A stretch of 64,000 nt of DNA from Nemertoderma westbladi. Taxonomy: Eukaryota; Animalia; Xenacoelomorpha. Below the pieces are notes generated by a model. It ran no database searches and was not told the origin of the DNA. It saw only the letters and a program-made list of their open reading frames with translations. Both the position numbers and the translations under genes were made by a program. Below, in pieces: positions 1 to 14,000 of the stretch (position 1 is its first letter; each line of letters starts with the position of its first letter). The stretch spans positions 1 to 64,000 of the forward strand of contig JAUCBJ010007707.1 of the NCBI GenBank assembly GCA_032718475.1. Direction: 5' to 3'.

Positions 1-463
1 TGTAAAACTGATGTTTTTTATATATTGCGTATGTAGGCCTTATTATTATGTAGGCACTGTATGTGTTGTTGGTTGGTTAACAAGCCAAATTATTATCTTA
101 GATACTGTAATAGCTTGATCTCATTCAGGGACTGTTATAATATCATCAATATTTTTGGTAATTAATATAATCAGCAACAGTTTAGGCCTAATTCTGAAAT
201 ATCAATGTTTTCACAAGATTTTTTATAATTTCAGTGAAATGCTAGCTAGTAAAAAAAACACTAGCTACATCTTAATAAATAATATATAATAATGTTCTCA
301 ACACTTACCAATAACAAAAATTAAAAAAAGTAGGCGGCTACAGTATTTTTAAAATTAAAAAAAAATCTAGCTAGTAAATAACACTAGCTATCATAAAAAA
401 ATATCTCTACTAATGTTCTAGAACATTCAACAATATCAAAAAAGCACTAAAAAGCTGCTATCA

Positions 464-926
464 GGAACCGGACAATTCGGTCCCGGACAATTCAGTCCCG
501 GACAATTCGGTCCCGGACTATTCGGTCCCGGATAATTCGGACCTAGGACAATTCGGTCCCGGACAATTCGGTCCCGGACAATTCGGACCCGGACAATTCG
601 GTCCCGGACAATTCGGTCCCGGACAATTCGGACCCGGACAATTCGGTCCCGGACAATTCGGTCCCGGACAATTCGGTCCCGGACAATTCGGTCCCGGACA
701 ATTCGGTCCTAGGACAATTCGGTCCCGGACAATTCGGTCCCGGACAATTCGGTCCCGGACAATTCGGTCCCATTTATTTAGTGTTTTGGGACCGAATTGT
801 CCGGGACCGAATTGTCCGGACCGAATTGTCCAGGACCGAATTGTCCGGACCGAATTGTCCGGGACCGAATTGTCCGGATCGAATTGTCCGGGACCGAATT
901 TTCCGGGACCGAATTGTCCAACATCC
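464..926. mobile_element. Foldback-like element: two inverted arms built from a 15-bp tandem unit
   Basis: About 20 copies of GGACAATTCGGTCCC (464-771), a 16-bp AT-rich spacer, then about 9 copies of the reverse complement GGGACCGAATTGTCC (788-919). Ends read GGA...TCC. Confidence 0.75.
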
Positions 927-1154
927 TAATGCACCTACCTACCTACTATCCGTAAATATTGTGTCAAACCAAAAGTGCATATTGTAGACATGCCATATAC
1001 ATGCATACATGTAACCCACCAATTAAATTACATAGCGAATTACTAATTAATAGTTTCTTCTGATTCTATTTTACTCTACTTACTTACTAAGATAAGAGTA
1101 GAGTTCTAAATGCCATAGTCTACATACACTAGTGTAGGGCCAATAATGTTCAAT

Positions 1155-1350
1155 CTATTCTCCAAGAACCACTGTGCGAATAATAATTTCGGTGACAGCA
1201 TACGGATCGCAGTTGGACGAAGGTCTCCTATCCTCCAAATATCCACATTTATCAGCTGCTACCTGTCTCGGAACCCGAATACTCGCCCCTCTATTAGCCA
1301 CACCCCAAGAGAAATCGTCTATGTGAGCTGTCTCATGTTTACCAGTTAAT
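1155..1350 (-). CDS. GLUL: Glutamine synthetase (GS II), last coding exon
   Basis: Manual translation gives (R)[66 protein letters not shown] acceptor at 1351-1352; TAG stop at 1155-1157. Confidence 0.95.
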
Positions 1351-1806
1351 CTATAGAATGGAAATCAAAAATTCTTGAGTCAATGGCGCATAATGACCGC
1401 AAACCAGATGTTAGACCGTTAGCCCAGATGTTCTATCAATCGATCAAACATAAAATAAATTTTAGTGGGTTTTTAAAATTGGTTTAATTTAATTAAAAAC
1501 ATTAAGGGAAAGGAGCAGGTTACAGTGGCGGTGTTTTCTAACCAAAACAATAAACTATACATTATTTCACTTGCGGTCAATGTGCACCACTATCTGCAAA
1601 TCTTACATATTTGTGGTCATGAGTAAAACAGATCGGAAATGTATGGGTATATCGGAAATAAGTAGAACAGTGCAGATTTCATCGGGTTACTATGGAAAAG
1701 GTAAGGATATCAATCTAAAAGCTAAATCAGCTTGCATGGATGACTTGGAACCATTTGGTCGAAATATCAATAATGCATTATGATATCCAGTAAAATCTGA
1801 TCAAAC

Positions 1807-1969
1807 CTCCGTTTATTGTCCTCCCCTTGGTGTGGATCATAAGCAGCTATGTGTTCTTTATGACGCAGAGACAATCGATTACAAGCTTTCTCTATCTCAA
1901 CTAAACCATTAGGTTGGCGCATTTCTAGAGTAGAGAAGTTCGTATGAGCTCCTGCTCCATTCCAGTCTC
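1807..1969 (-). CDS. GLUL: Glutamine synthetase, penultimate coding exon
   Basis: Translates to (G)[53 protein letters not shown]. Bounded by ttttag/ and /gtttga, with phases matching the neighbouring exons. Confidence 0.95.
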
Positions 1970-2601
1970 CTAAAACACTTTTTTATTAGAATTGTAAAGA
2001 TTTAATAAATTTATTATGTAATTTAATCAGGAATTTGGATGAACCACCCTGTAGAAATCTAGTGAAAAAATAAACTGTCGGGAAACGAACCACAATTACC
2101 GTTGATGTTTGCTGACAAACTAAATCATGAAGGATTAGGTCATGTCATTTAAATTTAATGATAATTTGTACAATCTACAATTTATTATTAATTTTCATTA
2201 CACGTGATTTAGGTTGTTGGCTGATATTAAAAAATGGGTCAAAAAGTTGATGCTGATATTATAAAGTATACAAAGTCTTAATATGCCATTTGTAAGTCAA
2301 GGAGGCTCCGCTCTTAGTTTCAAGGAGGAATGCTATCAACCCATTTCTTTCTTCTCATGGCAGAAGCGAGCAGGTTCTCATACCGCCGGCGCATTCGTTA
2401 CGAGAATGCACCCAGCACCTCCAAGCTAGAGGATATGCATGGTAACCACACCACCAGTCTATCGGTTTGTTTATTGTAAATAAATATTAATGAATAATAA
2501 TAATATTTTCCTATGTTACCAAATGATATCGGAAATTAATTATCAGATTATTAACACCATTAAAAGAGTGAGAGGTTATTAACCTACTGTACTGGACTAG
2601 G

Positions 2602-4806
2602 ACTACTAGGATCGGCATGCTGCATTGCAGCTGCATTTTTAAGAATGCTGTTCCGGGTTATCGACAAAATTGCACCGCCACAATGCCCTATCACCCATGA
2701 CATTTGCTAGATCATCCGCATCTTCAAGGCCAGTGTCCTTTAAGATGCGTCTCAAGAAAGTCATGGGCTGTCCACCATGCTTATTCACTCCATGAGGCTG
2801 CCAAAGTACAAGATTATGCACTGGCTTGTCCTCACGGCGAAAGCAATGTCCTGCAAAGCGGAGGCGATTTTGTTCTAGTGTCAAGCTTGGGGGAAACAAT
2901 GAACCCGGCGTAGCATTCTTGTGAATGTGCCATCCAGAGATTTGATGTCCTCAGCAGTTAGAGCCCAGCATGGACTCCCATAGAGGAGTACTGGAACTAC
3001 TGCTGCTCTAAATAATCGGACCTTAAGTTTCCGATTAATTCTCGGTGACTTCCAAATCCTGGAAAGCCTATTCAAGGCTGCCCATGCCTTTCCCTTACGT
3101 ATTCGAAGGTCCTCACGTGACTTCCCAGACCCCAGGTCTGGGAAGATCCAGATGATCCCAGGTAACAGAAGTCATCCACATGCTCAAGCATACCATCTTT
3201 TGAGCTTATGCTCCTCCGATCAGAGACTTGCTGAGGACTTTCAAAGTTAACTGTCAAAATTTTGTTCTTTCTGGAGTTAATAAAAAGACCAACACTAGAA
3301 GCAGCATGCTCTAATGAGCTGAGGAGCCGTTGGGCTCCCTCTAGTGATTCTGAGAGTACTCCTAAGTCATCAGCAAAGTCTAGATCTGTTAGGTACTTGG
3401 CAGGATTTCCTCGACTTCTGGAGCCAGTAGGTGGAGTTATCATCACCCCATCATCATTATGATGATCTAAGGACATGCATAGAACATAGTCAACAACAAT
3501 TAAGAACAAGAATGGTGCAAGTGTGTCTCCCTGGAGGACGCCCCATAACACTTCAAATGGTTCTGTGTCACCGTCAACAGTAGACACATGTTGTCGAACC
3601 ATCGTATACTGATCTGATTGCTGCAATAATTTCATCAGGAATCCCATATAATGAAAGTATGCTGAACATACGTGAGCGAGAGACTGAATCAAAGGCCTTG
3701 AAGAAGTCAACAAAGATAACAGCCAGATGCCTGTCTTTATTTTTTGATAACTCTTCAATTATCTTTCTAAGTACCAAAATGGGCTCCATGGTCCCACGAC
3801 CTTTATGGAACCCATTCTGATTTCCATGGAGCAGTCTCTCAATGGGATCCCTGATGCGATTTAATAGAATTCTATTGTATAGCTTTGCAGCAATCGAGAT
3901 CAATGAGATTCCCCGAAAAGAACCATAGAGTGTTAGGTTGCCCTTCTTGGGAACTGGCACCAATTTATTTGTTTTCATTTCTTGTGGGACTCTTGTTGTT
4001 CCGTACATGTCTACTATGATGGGATAGATGAACTTTAAACACTCAGGTATTTTAAGGCACGATTGGTCTTAATGCTCTTTGCAGCAGCCTTCACTTCTGC
4101 AAAGGAGATATCGCCAATGGGAATATCTGGGAGTACAGACTCAGACACTTTTACTTCTATAAAGTCATCAGGCAATAACCTGTCACTATCTCCATGCCTG
4201 GGATGATTGCCTGCTGTCGTCAGCATCATTGATGGCATCAATGTGTTGGTTTATTAGCTCCTGTAGATTAACAGAGTACTGCCTGTTCAGGGACCTAGAT
4301 GCAGCCTTAACTGCATTCTTGGCTGCTGTAGTCTGTTTGAGTCAGGACTCTTTCTTCGCCTTATAGAGGTCATTTGAATTTTGTTGTCAGTCCAGGGTGC
4401 AGGGGGCCCTTTTCCTGTTTCGAGGGTATACAGGAACCTTTTCTGCAGCTGGTAACTTAACTGCTTCTGTGAAGGCAGAATAGCCCTCACAGTGATCTGC
4501 CGCCTCAGAGGCACGAACCTCATACCTGTTGCTCAGCTGTAGTGTGAAGCTGGATCTCACACTTGGCTGTTGCAACAGAGAGGACCAGTCATGCCGTGGC
4601 AAGGCAGATTCCGTTGTTCTGCTAGCACGCAGACTAAGTCTTACCTTGGCCACAATAAGGCGGTGATCACTGGAGAAGGGTCGTAGTGTAAATGCATTAC
4701 ATTCTTGTATAGAGCTCCTGTATTTCCTACGAAACAGGATATGGTCTATCTGGGACTTGTGACCACTGGGTCCACTATGAGTCCATAGCTTTCCAGTTCT
4801 GGACTG
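2602..4806 (-). mobile_element. 5'-truncated, frameshifted RTE-like non-LTR retrotransposon in a GS intron
   Basis: ORF fragments show the APE endonuclease C-terminus (SQIDHIL...SDHRL), PVPKKGNL..FRGISL, FVDFFKAFDSV, GVLQGDTLAPFLF, LDFADD and the C-terminal RLRFAGHCFR. Possible TSD TACTGTACTGGA(A)CTAGG at about 2585 and 4807. Confidence 0.85.
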
Positions 4807-4829
4807 TACTGTACTGGAACTAGGGAATC

Positions 4830-5745
4830 AAGGTAATAAAAAAGAGTTTAAAAGGTCGGACACGATGAAAAAATGGCAGTGAAATTAAATAAAAAGACGA
4901 TAAAAACACTTGAGGTCGTGAAAGGTCTAAAAAGTAAAAAGAATAACTAAAAAAAAAATAATAAAAAAAGGCTCTATAGATCTGTTGAGAGAGTTAGAGA
5001 TTGAGAACCTCATGGAGACCTTCAGACAGGACAGGGTCCATCGTTCCAAGGATGGAGGCAGTGTTGCCGATGAGAATGGCGTTGTAGGCGGAACTGATGG
5101 GATCGTGGCTCCTGAGTGGTGGCATGGAGACGAGTTCCAATCTCCTTAATGAATGCCGCCGTCTCAGGGCCAGGGCGACCGAGGTTCTCAAAGGCAACAG
5201 GGTAGAAGGAGAACCCTCAGTCAATCAGTTCCTGGTACTTCCAAGTCTTTAGGGATTCTGCCCACTCGACGACACGTTCCCCAGCCAATGGAAGTCTGGG
5301 CGAGGTGGCTGGGCACGAGAGGGTCCACGATGGTTGCGTCCAAGACCAGTGTGCGTCCGCGGCTCTACTGGTACAAGCTTTACTCCATCAACGCGCTTCC
5401 CGTCTTCCTGGCACATCCCTGGTGGTTCGAGTGCGGCAGGGACCCCACAGTTGGCGAGCCACCAGCACACGATGTCATTGACCATCGAGTGACGGGGATG
5501 GTGGCCAGCGCTACTCATGCAAGACAGGCCGTGAAGCCTGTCCTTAAAACAGTGTGCGCAGCTGTGGGGCTCGGTAACCTGACAGCCAAGGCGGGTGGCG
5601 ACGGATATTCGGAACTGGGCTACTGTTAACTTAAGGCGAGCTGACTGGGATGGCGTCTAGCCAGCAACCGGATACTGGGTCCTCGATGGAGTTGAGGCGA
5701 GCATGTCTGAATGCACCATTCCGTATAGCCACGAGGGATATTCCT
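4830..5745 (-). mobile_element. 3' fragment of a CRE/RLE-type non-LTR retrotransposon
   Basis: GC-rich block translating to RHSMVNDIV..LEPPGMCQEDGKRVDG..LVP and, in another frame, LVLDATIVDPL. This resembles the restriction-like endonuclease of CRE-like LINEs. It is followed by a T-rich 3' region. Confidence 0.65.
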
Positions 5746-5811
5746 ATTATTATTGTATAATGCAATGTTCTATTTTAAATATCATATAACAATGATTACC
5801 ATGAACCTTAC

Positions 5812-6070
5812 CAGGAATAGGTTTGGGATCGAAGCTAACAATTACACCAAAGTCCTCAGCAACACGATGTAAAAGAAACCTCGCCATCCACAGGTGATCA
5901 CCAATATCAATACCCACACAAGGTCCAACCTGGAACTCCCATTGACTTGGCATGACTTCTGCGTTGGTTCCCGCTATTGTTATACCGGCATAAATGCAGG
6001 CTTTATAATGGGCCTCGACAATCTCACGACCGTAGACTTTATCACTACCAACACCGCAATAATAGGGACC
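5812..6070 (-). CDS. GLUL: Glutamine synthetase internal exon
   Basis: Translates to [25 protein letters not shown]...[18 protein letters not shown]...FDPKPIP. Acceptor tttcag/ and donor /gtaagg. Confidence 0.96.
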
Positions 6071-6525
6071 CTGAAATGTATACCTGAAATATATTCTTAA
6101 AAATATACATGACACCGGTTTATAGAAGGTCAATCAGTGAAATATAGCTCGTATCTGTAATGAAATATAGTGAATCGATTCATGTGGATCAGACCTGGGA
6201 GACGAACTGATTGAAAGTTGTTTGAACTCCTCCATAATTTTTTTATATTGATTCATTTAATTTTTAGTTCAAACAATTTTGAGCTAATATTAGTGTTATG
6301 ATTCTACAATGTACTGTATACAAGTACAGTACAGCCATGATATAATATTGTAGCCTTCTATCTAAGTAACCAAACCCTCAATTTTCAGTTCAGTATGCCG
6401 AAAAAGTGTAAAAAAATTATTTTCTTGAAAATTAGTAATTTATTATAAATAAAAGTGTGATTATTTCACTCATTAATACTAGTGATAAAAAGCGGATTTT
6501 TCAATTATAATCCATTTAGATGTGA

Positions 6526-6585
6526 CATATATTATTATTAGCTACATATATTATTATTAGCTACATATATTATTATTAGCTACAC
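6526..6585. repeat. Short tandem repeat, 19-bp unit x3
   Basis: CATATATTATTATTAGCTA occurs three times in tandem. Confidence 0.8.
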
Positions 6586-6835
6586 AATACTTTATCGTAA
6601 CATTTCGATTACGTTTTAATCATTCTGCTTATTAATTCTTATACCATTTAACCGTTTATGCCTTTATAATGAATTGTAGTGATTTTATTTGGGATACAAT
6701 TACTTCACTCTTACTAAACTTATATTAAACAACTATAGAACGCCGTTACGCCTACAATGTCTATGGTAACAGTTCACTGTTTAATATCCTCACTTTAGAC
6801 TGTAGTCTAAACTTTCATTCAATATTATACTTTAC

Positions 6836-6968
6836 CTGTGGACCAGGAAACCCCTGCTTCGGCCAACCGTATGGGTGCCCATCTCTATCGATAAGAGTAT
6901 ATTCCTGCTCAATGCCGAACCAAGGCTCAAGCTTTTTAATTTTTTCCATAACTTCATTGCAAGTCTTC
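6836..6968 (-). CDS. GLUL: Glutamine synthetase internal exon (most 5' exon found)
   Basis: Translates to (R)[44 protein letters not shown]. Acceptor ttttag/ and donor /gtaaag. Confidence 0.95.
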
Positions 6969-7162
6969 CTAAAATAGAAATTTTAATTTATTTGATTTTT
7001 CATCAGCATAATTTATCAAATCACTTAACTTGTTTGATCATAAAGAATTTGAATACACCTGACCCGTAATTTAGTGTCATTTTCTGATGACACGGACCCC
7101 CCCTCCCCAGATTTTTCTACAAATCTTTATCATATTTCTTGAAATTTGAAACCCAACTACAG

Positions 7163-7860
7163 TAGTTCCACTCACCGTCGATGACCCCATGAAGCCGATC
7201 ATCGATTTTATCATTAAACTTTTTTTATAAGAGTTTTTAGAAAGTGTCTTTGGCGAAATCGCACCCTCCGTATCATGGCCATTCTTCACATTATTAGTGG
7301 TAATTAGTGGTAATCATATCATTAGAAAACTTGCGTTGCAAGGATTCGAAATATGTAACAATATCTTACTTTCTTTGAGAAACAGCTGAGATATCGGCGT
7401 TCATAGATTGCAAGAAATATCGTTCGCTGCAGGCCATTTATTCTATTTAATAAATACACGATGTTCTAGAACATTTTGTTTATGTATGAATCGCTACCCA
7501 ATATATATATATATTGGATAGGAATACCGCTGTTGCCAACCAACTCATAAAATAAATAACACTTTCTAGAATTTTGTGTATTTATTAAATAGAATAAATG
7601 GTCTGCAGCGAACGATAATTCTTTCAATTTTAAACGCCTATTTCTCAGCTCTTTCTCAACGAAATTCAGATATTGTTACATATTTGGAATCCTTTCAACG
7701 CAAGCTTTCTAATATGAAACAATTACGACTAATCTGAAGAATCGCGATGAAACAGAGGGTGCGATTTCGAAAAGGCACTTTTTTAAAACGCTTATAAAAA
7801 AATTTAAAGGCAAAATCGAAAATTCCGGCTTCATGGGGTCATCGACGGTGAGTGGAACTA
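7163..7860. mobile_element. Palindromic MITE with long (about 300 bp) imperfect inverted arms
   Basis: TAGTTCCACTCACCGTCGATGACCCCATGAAGCCG at 7163 is mirrored at 7826-7860. Inverted similarity continues inward, for example GAAATCGCACCCTC/GAGGGTGCGATTTC and ATCGTTCGCTGCAG/CTGCAGCGAACGAT. Confidence 0.8.
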
Positions 7861-8057
7861 GTTGTATTTCGACGGTATGAAGAAATACGTAATATAAAGT
7901 CAAAATGACTTTCTCTATATTCAATTCCCATTATTTGATAGAGGATGATTGAATAGGGGCCGCAATTTGTACAAACATTTTATTAATTAATATAGGGAAG
8001 GGATTGTAATGTATACACAATAATTTTATCCAGGTGCTAAGCCTTACAGAGGCCCTG

Positions 8058-11000
8058 GTGCTGAGCCTTACCCGGGTAGGACTTAATTTATTTTAATGGG
8101 TGTGTGCATGTGCTGAGCCTTACATGGGCAGGACTTAATTTATTTTAATGGGTGTATCTGCTGAGCCTTACAAGGGAGGGCCTTAATTTATTTTAATGGG
8201 TGTATGTGCTGAGCCTTACAGGGACAGGACTTAATTTATATTAATGGGTGTATGTGCTGAGCCTTGCAGGGGCAGGACTTAATTTATTTTAATGGGTGTA
8301 TGTGCTGTGCCTTACAGGGGCAGGACTTAATTTATATTAATGGGTGTATGTGCTGAGCCTTGCAGGGGCAGGACTTAATTTATTTTAATGGGTGTATCTG
8401 CTGAGCCTTACAGGGGCAGGACTTAATTTATATTAATGGGTGTATGTGCTGAGCCTTACAAGGGAGGGCCTTAATTTATTTTAATGGGTGTATGTGCTGA
8501 GCCTTACAAGGGAGGGCCTTAATTTATTTTAATGGGTGTATGTGCTGAGCCTTGCAGGGGCAGGACTTAATTTATATTAATGGGTGTATGTGCTGAGCCT
8601 TACAAGGGAGGGCCTTAATTTATATTAATGGGTGTATGTGCTGAGCCTTACATGGGCAGGACTTAATTTATTTTAATGGGTGTATGTGCTGAGCCTTACA
8701 GGGGCAGGACTTAATTTATTTTAATGGGTGTATGTGCTGAGCCTTACAAGGGAGGGCCTTAATTTATTTTAATGGGTGTATGTGCTGAGCCTTACAAGGG
8801 AGGGCCTTAATTTATTTTAATGGGTGTATGTGCTGAGCCTTACACGGGCAGGACTTAATTTATTTTAATGGGTGTATGTGCTGAGCCTTACAAGGGAGGG
8901 CCTTAATTTATATTAATGGGTGTATGTGCTGAGCCTTACAAGGGATGGCCTTAATTTATTTTAATGGGTGTATGTGCTGAGCCTTACACGGGCAGGACTT
9001 AATTTATTTTAATGGGTGTATCTGCTGAGCCTTACAAGGGAGGGCCTTAATTTATTTTAATGGGTGTATGTGCTGAGCCTTACAAGGGAGGGCCTTAATT
9101 TATTTTAATGGGTGTATGTGCTGAGCCTTACAAGGGAGGGCCTTAATTTATTTTAATGGGTGTATGTGCTGAGCCTTACACGGGCAGGACTTAATTTATT
9201 TTAATGGGTGTATGTGCTGAGCCTTACAAGGGAGGGCCTTAATTTATTTTAATGGGTGTATGTGCTGAGCCTTACAAGGGAGGGCCTTAATTTATTTTAA
9301 TGGGTGTATGTGCTGAGCCTTACAGGGGCAGGACTTAATTTATTTTAATGGGTGTATGTGCTGAGCCTTACACGGGCAGGACTTAATTTATTTTAATGGG
9401 TGTATGTGCTGAGCCTTACACGGGCAGGACTTAATTTATTTTAATGGATGTATGTGCTGAGCCTTACAGGGGCAGGACTTAATTTATATTAATGGGTGTA
9501 TGTGCTGTGCCTTACACGGGCAGGACTTAATTTATTTTAATGGGTGTATGTGCTGAGCCTTACACGGGCAGGACTTAATTTATATTAATGGGTGTATGTG
9601 CTGTGCCTTACACGGGCAGGACTTAATTTATTTTAATGGGTGTATGTGCTGTGCCTTACACGGGCAGGACTTAATTTATTTTAATGGGTGTATGTGCTGA
9701 GCCTTACACGGGCAGGACTTAATTTATATTAATGGGTGTATCTGCTGAGCCTTACAAGGGAGGGCCTTAATTTATATTAATGGGTGTATGTGCTGAGCCT
9801 TACAGGGGCAGGACTTAATTTATTTTAATGGGTGTATGTGCTGAGCCTTACACGGGCAGGACTTAATTTATTTTAATGGGTGTATGTGCTGAGCCTTACA
9901 GGGGCAGGACTTAATTTATTTTAATGGGTGTATGTGCTGAGCCTTACACGGACAGGACTTAATTTATTTTAATGGGTGTATGTGCTGAGCCTTACAGGGG
10001 CAGGACTTAATTTATTTTAATGGGTGTATGTGCTGAGCCTTACAGGGGCAGGACTTAATTTATATTAATGGGTGTATGTGCTGTGCCTTACACGGGCAGG
10101 ACTTAATTTATTTTAATGGGTGTATGTGCTGAGCCTTACACGGGCAGGACTTAATTTATATTAATGGGTGTATGTGCTGTGCCTTACACGGGCAGGACTT
10201 AATTTATTTTAATGGGTGTATCTGCTGTGCCTTACATGGGCAGGCCTTAATTTATTTTAATGGGTGTATGTGCTGAGCCTTACACGGACAGGACTTAATT
10301 TATTTTAATGGGTGTATGTGCTGAGCCTTACAGGGGCAGGACTTAATTTATTTTAATGGGTGTATGTGCTGAGCCTTACAGGGGCAGGACTTAATTTATA
10401 TTAATGGGTGTATGTGCTGTGCCTTACACGGGCAGGACTTAATTTATTTTAATGGGTGTATGTGCTGAGCCTTACAGGGGCAGGACTTAATTTATATTAA
10501 TGGGTGTATGTGCTGTGCCTTACACGGGCAGGACTTAATTTATTTTAATGGGTGTATGTGCTGAGCCTTACACGGACAGGACTTAATTTATTTTAATGGG
10601 TGTACATGCTGAGCCTTACAAGGGAGGGCCTTAATTTATTTAATGGGTGTACATGCTGAGCCTTACATGGGTAGGTCTTAATTTATTTGAATTGGTGTAC
10701 ATCCTGAGCCTTACAAGGGAGGGCCTTAATTTATTTTAATGGGTGTACATGCTGAGCCTTACAAGGGAGGACCTTAATTTATTTTAATGGGTGTACATGC
10801 TGAGCTTTACAAGGGAGGGCCTTAATTTATTTTAATGGGTGTACATGCTGAGCCTTACAAGGGAGGACCTTAATTTATTTTAATGGGTGTACATGCTGAG
10901 CTTTACAAGGGAGGGCCTTAATTTATTTTAATGGGTGTACATGCTGAGCCTTACAAGGGAGGACCTTAATTTATTTTAATGGGTGTACATGCTGAGCCTT

Positions 11001-14000
11001 ACAAGGGAGGGCCTTAATTTATTTGAATGGGTGTACATCCTGAGCCTTACAAGGGAGGACCTTAATTTATTTTAATGGGTGTACATGCTGAGCTTTACAA
11101 GGGAGGGCCTTAATTTATTTTAATGGGTGTACATGCTGAGCCTTACAAGGGAGGACCTTAATTTATTTTAATGGGTGTACATGCTGAGCTTTACAAGGGA
11201 GGGCCTTAATTTATTTTAATGGGTGTACATGCTGAGCCTTACAAGGGAGGACCTTAATTTATTTTAATGGGTGTACATGCTGAGCTTTACAAGGGAGGGC
11301 CTTAATTTATTTTAATGGGTGTACATGCTGAGCCTTACAAGGGAGGACCTTAATTTATTTTAATGGGTGTACATGCTGAGCTTTACAAGGGAGGACCTTA
11401 ATTTATTTTAATGGGTGTACATGCTGAGCCTTACAAGGGAGGACCTTAATTTATTTTAATGGGTGTACATGCTGAGCTTTACAAGGGAGGGCCTTAATTT
11501 ATTTTAATGGGTGTACATGCTGAGCCTTACAAGGGAGGGCCTTAATTTATTTGAATGGGTGTACATCCTGAGCCTTACAAGGGAGGACCTTAATTTATTT
11601 TAATGGGTGTACATGCTGAGCTTTACAAGGGAGGGCCTTAATTTATTTTAATGGGTGTACATGCTGAGCCTTACAAGGGAGGACCTTAATTTATTTTAAT
11701 GGGTGTACATGCTGAGCCTTACAAGGGAGGGCCTTAATTTATTTTAATGGGTGTACATGCTGAGCCTTACAAGGGAGGGCCTTAATTTATTTTAATGGGT
11801 GTACATGTTGAGCCTTACACGGGCAGGACTTAATTTATTTTAATGGGTGTATGTGCTGAGCCTTACAGGGACAGGACTTAATTTATATTAATGGGTGTAT
11901 GTGCTGAGCCTTACAAGGGAGGGCCTTAATGTATTTTAATGGGTGTACATCCTGAGCCTTACAAGGGAGGACCTTAATTTATTTTAATGGGTGTACATGC
12001 TGAGCTTTACAAGGGAGGGCCTTAATTTATTTTAATGGGTGTACATGCTGAGCCTTACAAGGGAGGACCTTAATTTATTTTAATGGGTGTACATGCTGAG
12101 CTTTACAAGGGAGGGCCTTAATTTATTTTAATGGGTGTACATGTTGAGCCTTACACGGGCAGGACTTAATTTATTTTAATGGGTGTATGTGCTGAGCCTT
12201 ACAGGGACAGGACTTAATTTATTTTAATGGGTGTATGTGCTGAGCCTTACAAGGGAGGGCCTTAATTTATTTTAATGGGTGTACATGCTGAGCCTTACAC
12301 GGGCAGGACTTAATTTATTTTAATGGGTGTGTGTATGTGCTGAGCCTTTCACGGCCAGGACTTAATTTATTTTAATGGGTGTATGTGCTGAGCCTTACCC
12401 GGGTAGGACTTAATTTATTTTAATGGATGTATGTGCTGAGCCTTACAAGGGAGGGCCTTAATTTATTTTAAGGGGTGTATGTGCTGAGCCTTACAAGGGA
12501 GGGCCTTAATTTATTTTAAGGGGTGTATGTGCTGAGCCTTACAAGGGAGGGCCTTAATTTATTTTAATGGATGTATGTGCTGAGCCTTACAAGGGAGGGC
12601 CTTAATTTATTTTAATGGATGTATGTGCTGAGCCTTACAAGGGAGGGCCTTAATTTATTTTAATGGATGTATCTGCTGAGCCTTACACGGACAGGACTTA
12701 ATTTATTTTAATGGGTGTATCTGGTGAGCCTTACACGGACAGGACTTAATTTATTTTAATGGGTGTATCTGCTGAGCCTTACACGGACAGGACTTAATTT
12801 ATTTTAATGGGTGTATGTGCTGAGCCTTACAGGGGCAGGACTTAATTTATTTTAATGGATGTATGTGCTGAGCCTTACACGGGCAGGACTTAATTTATTT
12901 TAATGGGTGTATCTGCTGAGCCTTACACGGACAGGACTTAATTTATTTTAATGGGTGTATGTGCTGAGCCTTACCCGGGTAGGACTTAATTTATTTTAAT
13001 GGATGTATGTGCTGAGCCTTACAAGGGAGGGCCTTAATTTATTTTAAGGGGTGTATGTGCTGAGCCTTACAAGGGAGGGCCTTAATTTATTTTAAGGGGT
13101 GTATGTGCTGAGCCTTACAAGGGAGGGCCTTAATTTATTTTAATGGATGTATGTGCTGAGCCTTACAAGGGAGGGCCTTAATTTATTTTAATGGATGTAT
13201 GTGCTGAGCCTTACAAGGGAGGGCCTTAATTTATTTTAATGGATGTATCTGCTGAGCCTTACAAGGGAGGGCCTTAATTTATTTTAAGGGGTGTATGTGC
13301 TGAGCCTTACAAGGGAGGGCCTTAATTTATTTTAAGGGGTGTATGTGCTGAGCCTTACAAGGGAGGGCCTTAATTTATATTAATGGGTGTATGTGCTGAG
13401 CCTTTCACGGGCAGGACTTAATTTATTTTAATGGGTGTATGTGCTGAGCCTTACATGGGCAGGACTTAATTTATTTTAATGGGTGTATGTGCTGAGCCTT
13501 ACAAGGGAGGGCCTTAATTTATTTTAATGGGTGTATGTGCTGAGCCTTACACGGGCAGGACTTAATTTATTTTAATGGGTGTATGTGCTGAGCCTTACAT
13601 GGGCAGGACTTAATTTATTTTAATGGGTGTATCTGCTGAGCCTTACACGGGCAGGACTTAATTTATTTTAATGGGTGTATGTGCTGAGCCTTACATGGGC
13701 AGGACTTAATTTATTTTAATGGGTGTATCTGCTGAGCCTTACACGGGCAGGACTTAATTTATTTTAATGGGTGTATGTGCTGAGCCTTACAAGGGAGGGC
13801 CTTAATTTATTTTAATGGGTGTATGTGCTGAGCCTTACATGGGCAGGACTTAATTTATTTTAATGGGTGTATCTGCTGAGCCTTACACGGGCAGGACTTA
13901 ATTTATTTTAATGGGTGTATGTGCTGAGCCTTACATGGGCAGGACTTAATTTATTTTAATGGGTGTATCTGCTGAGCCTTACACGGGCAGGACTTAATTT

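Noticed and set aside
543-987. Repetitive ORFs (GPNCP/TELSG peptides)
   Set aside because: These are translations of the 15-bp foldback repeat with no supporting gene structure.
2285-2460. GC-richer patch in the GS intron considered as an extra GS exon
   Set aside because: No frame matches GS, and the flanking exons already join in phase. Probably a decayed repeat.
5153-5629. 158-aa plus-strand ORF
   Set aside because: It is antisense to the GC-rich CRE-like LINE fragment and has no recognisable motif.
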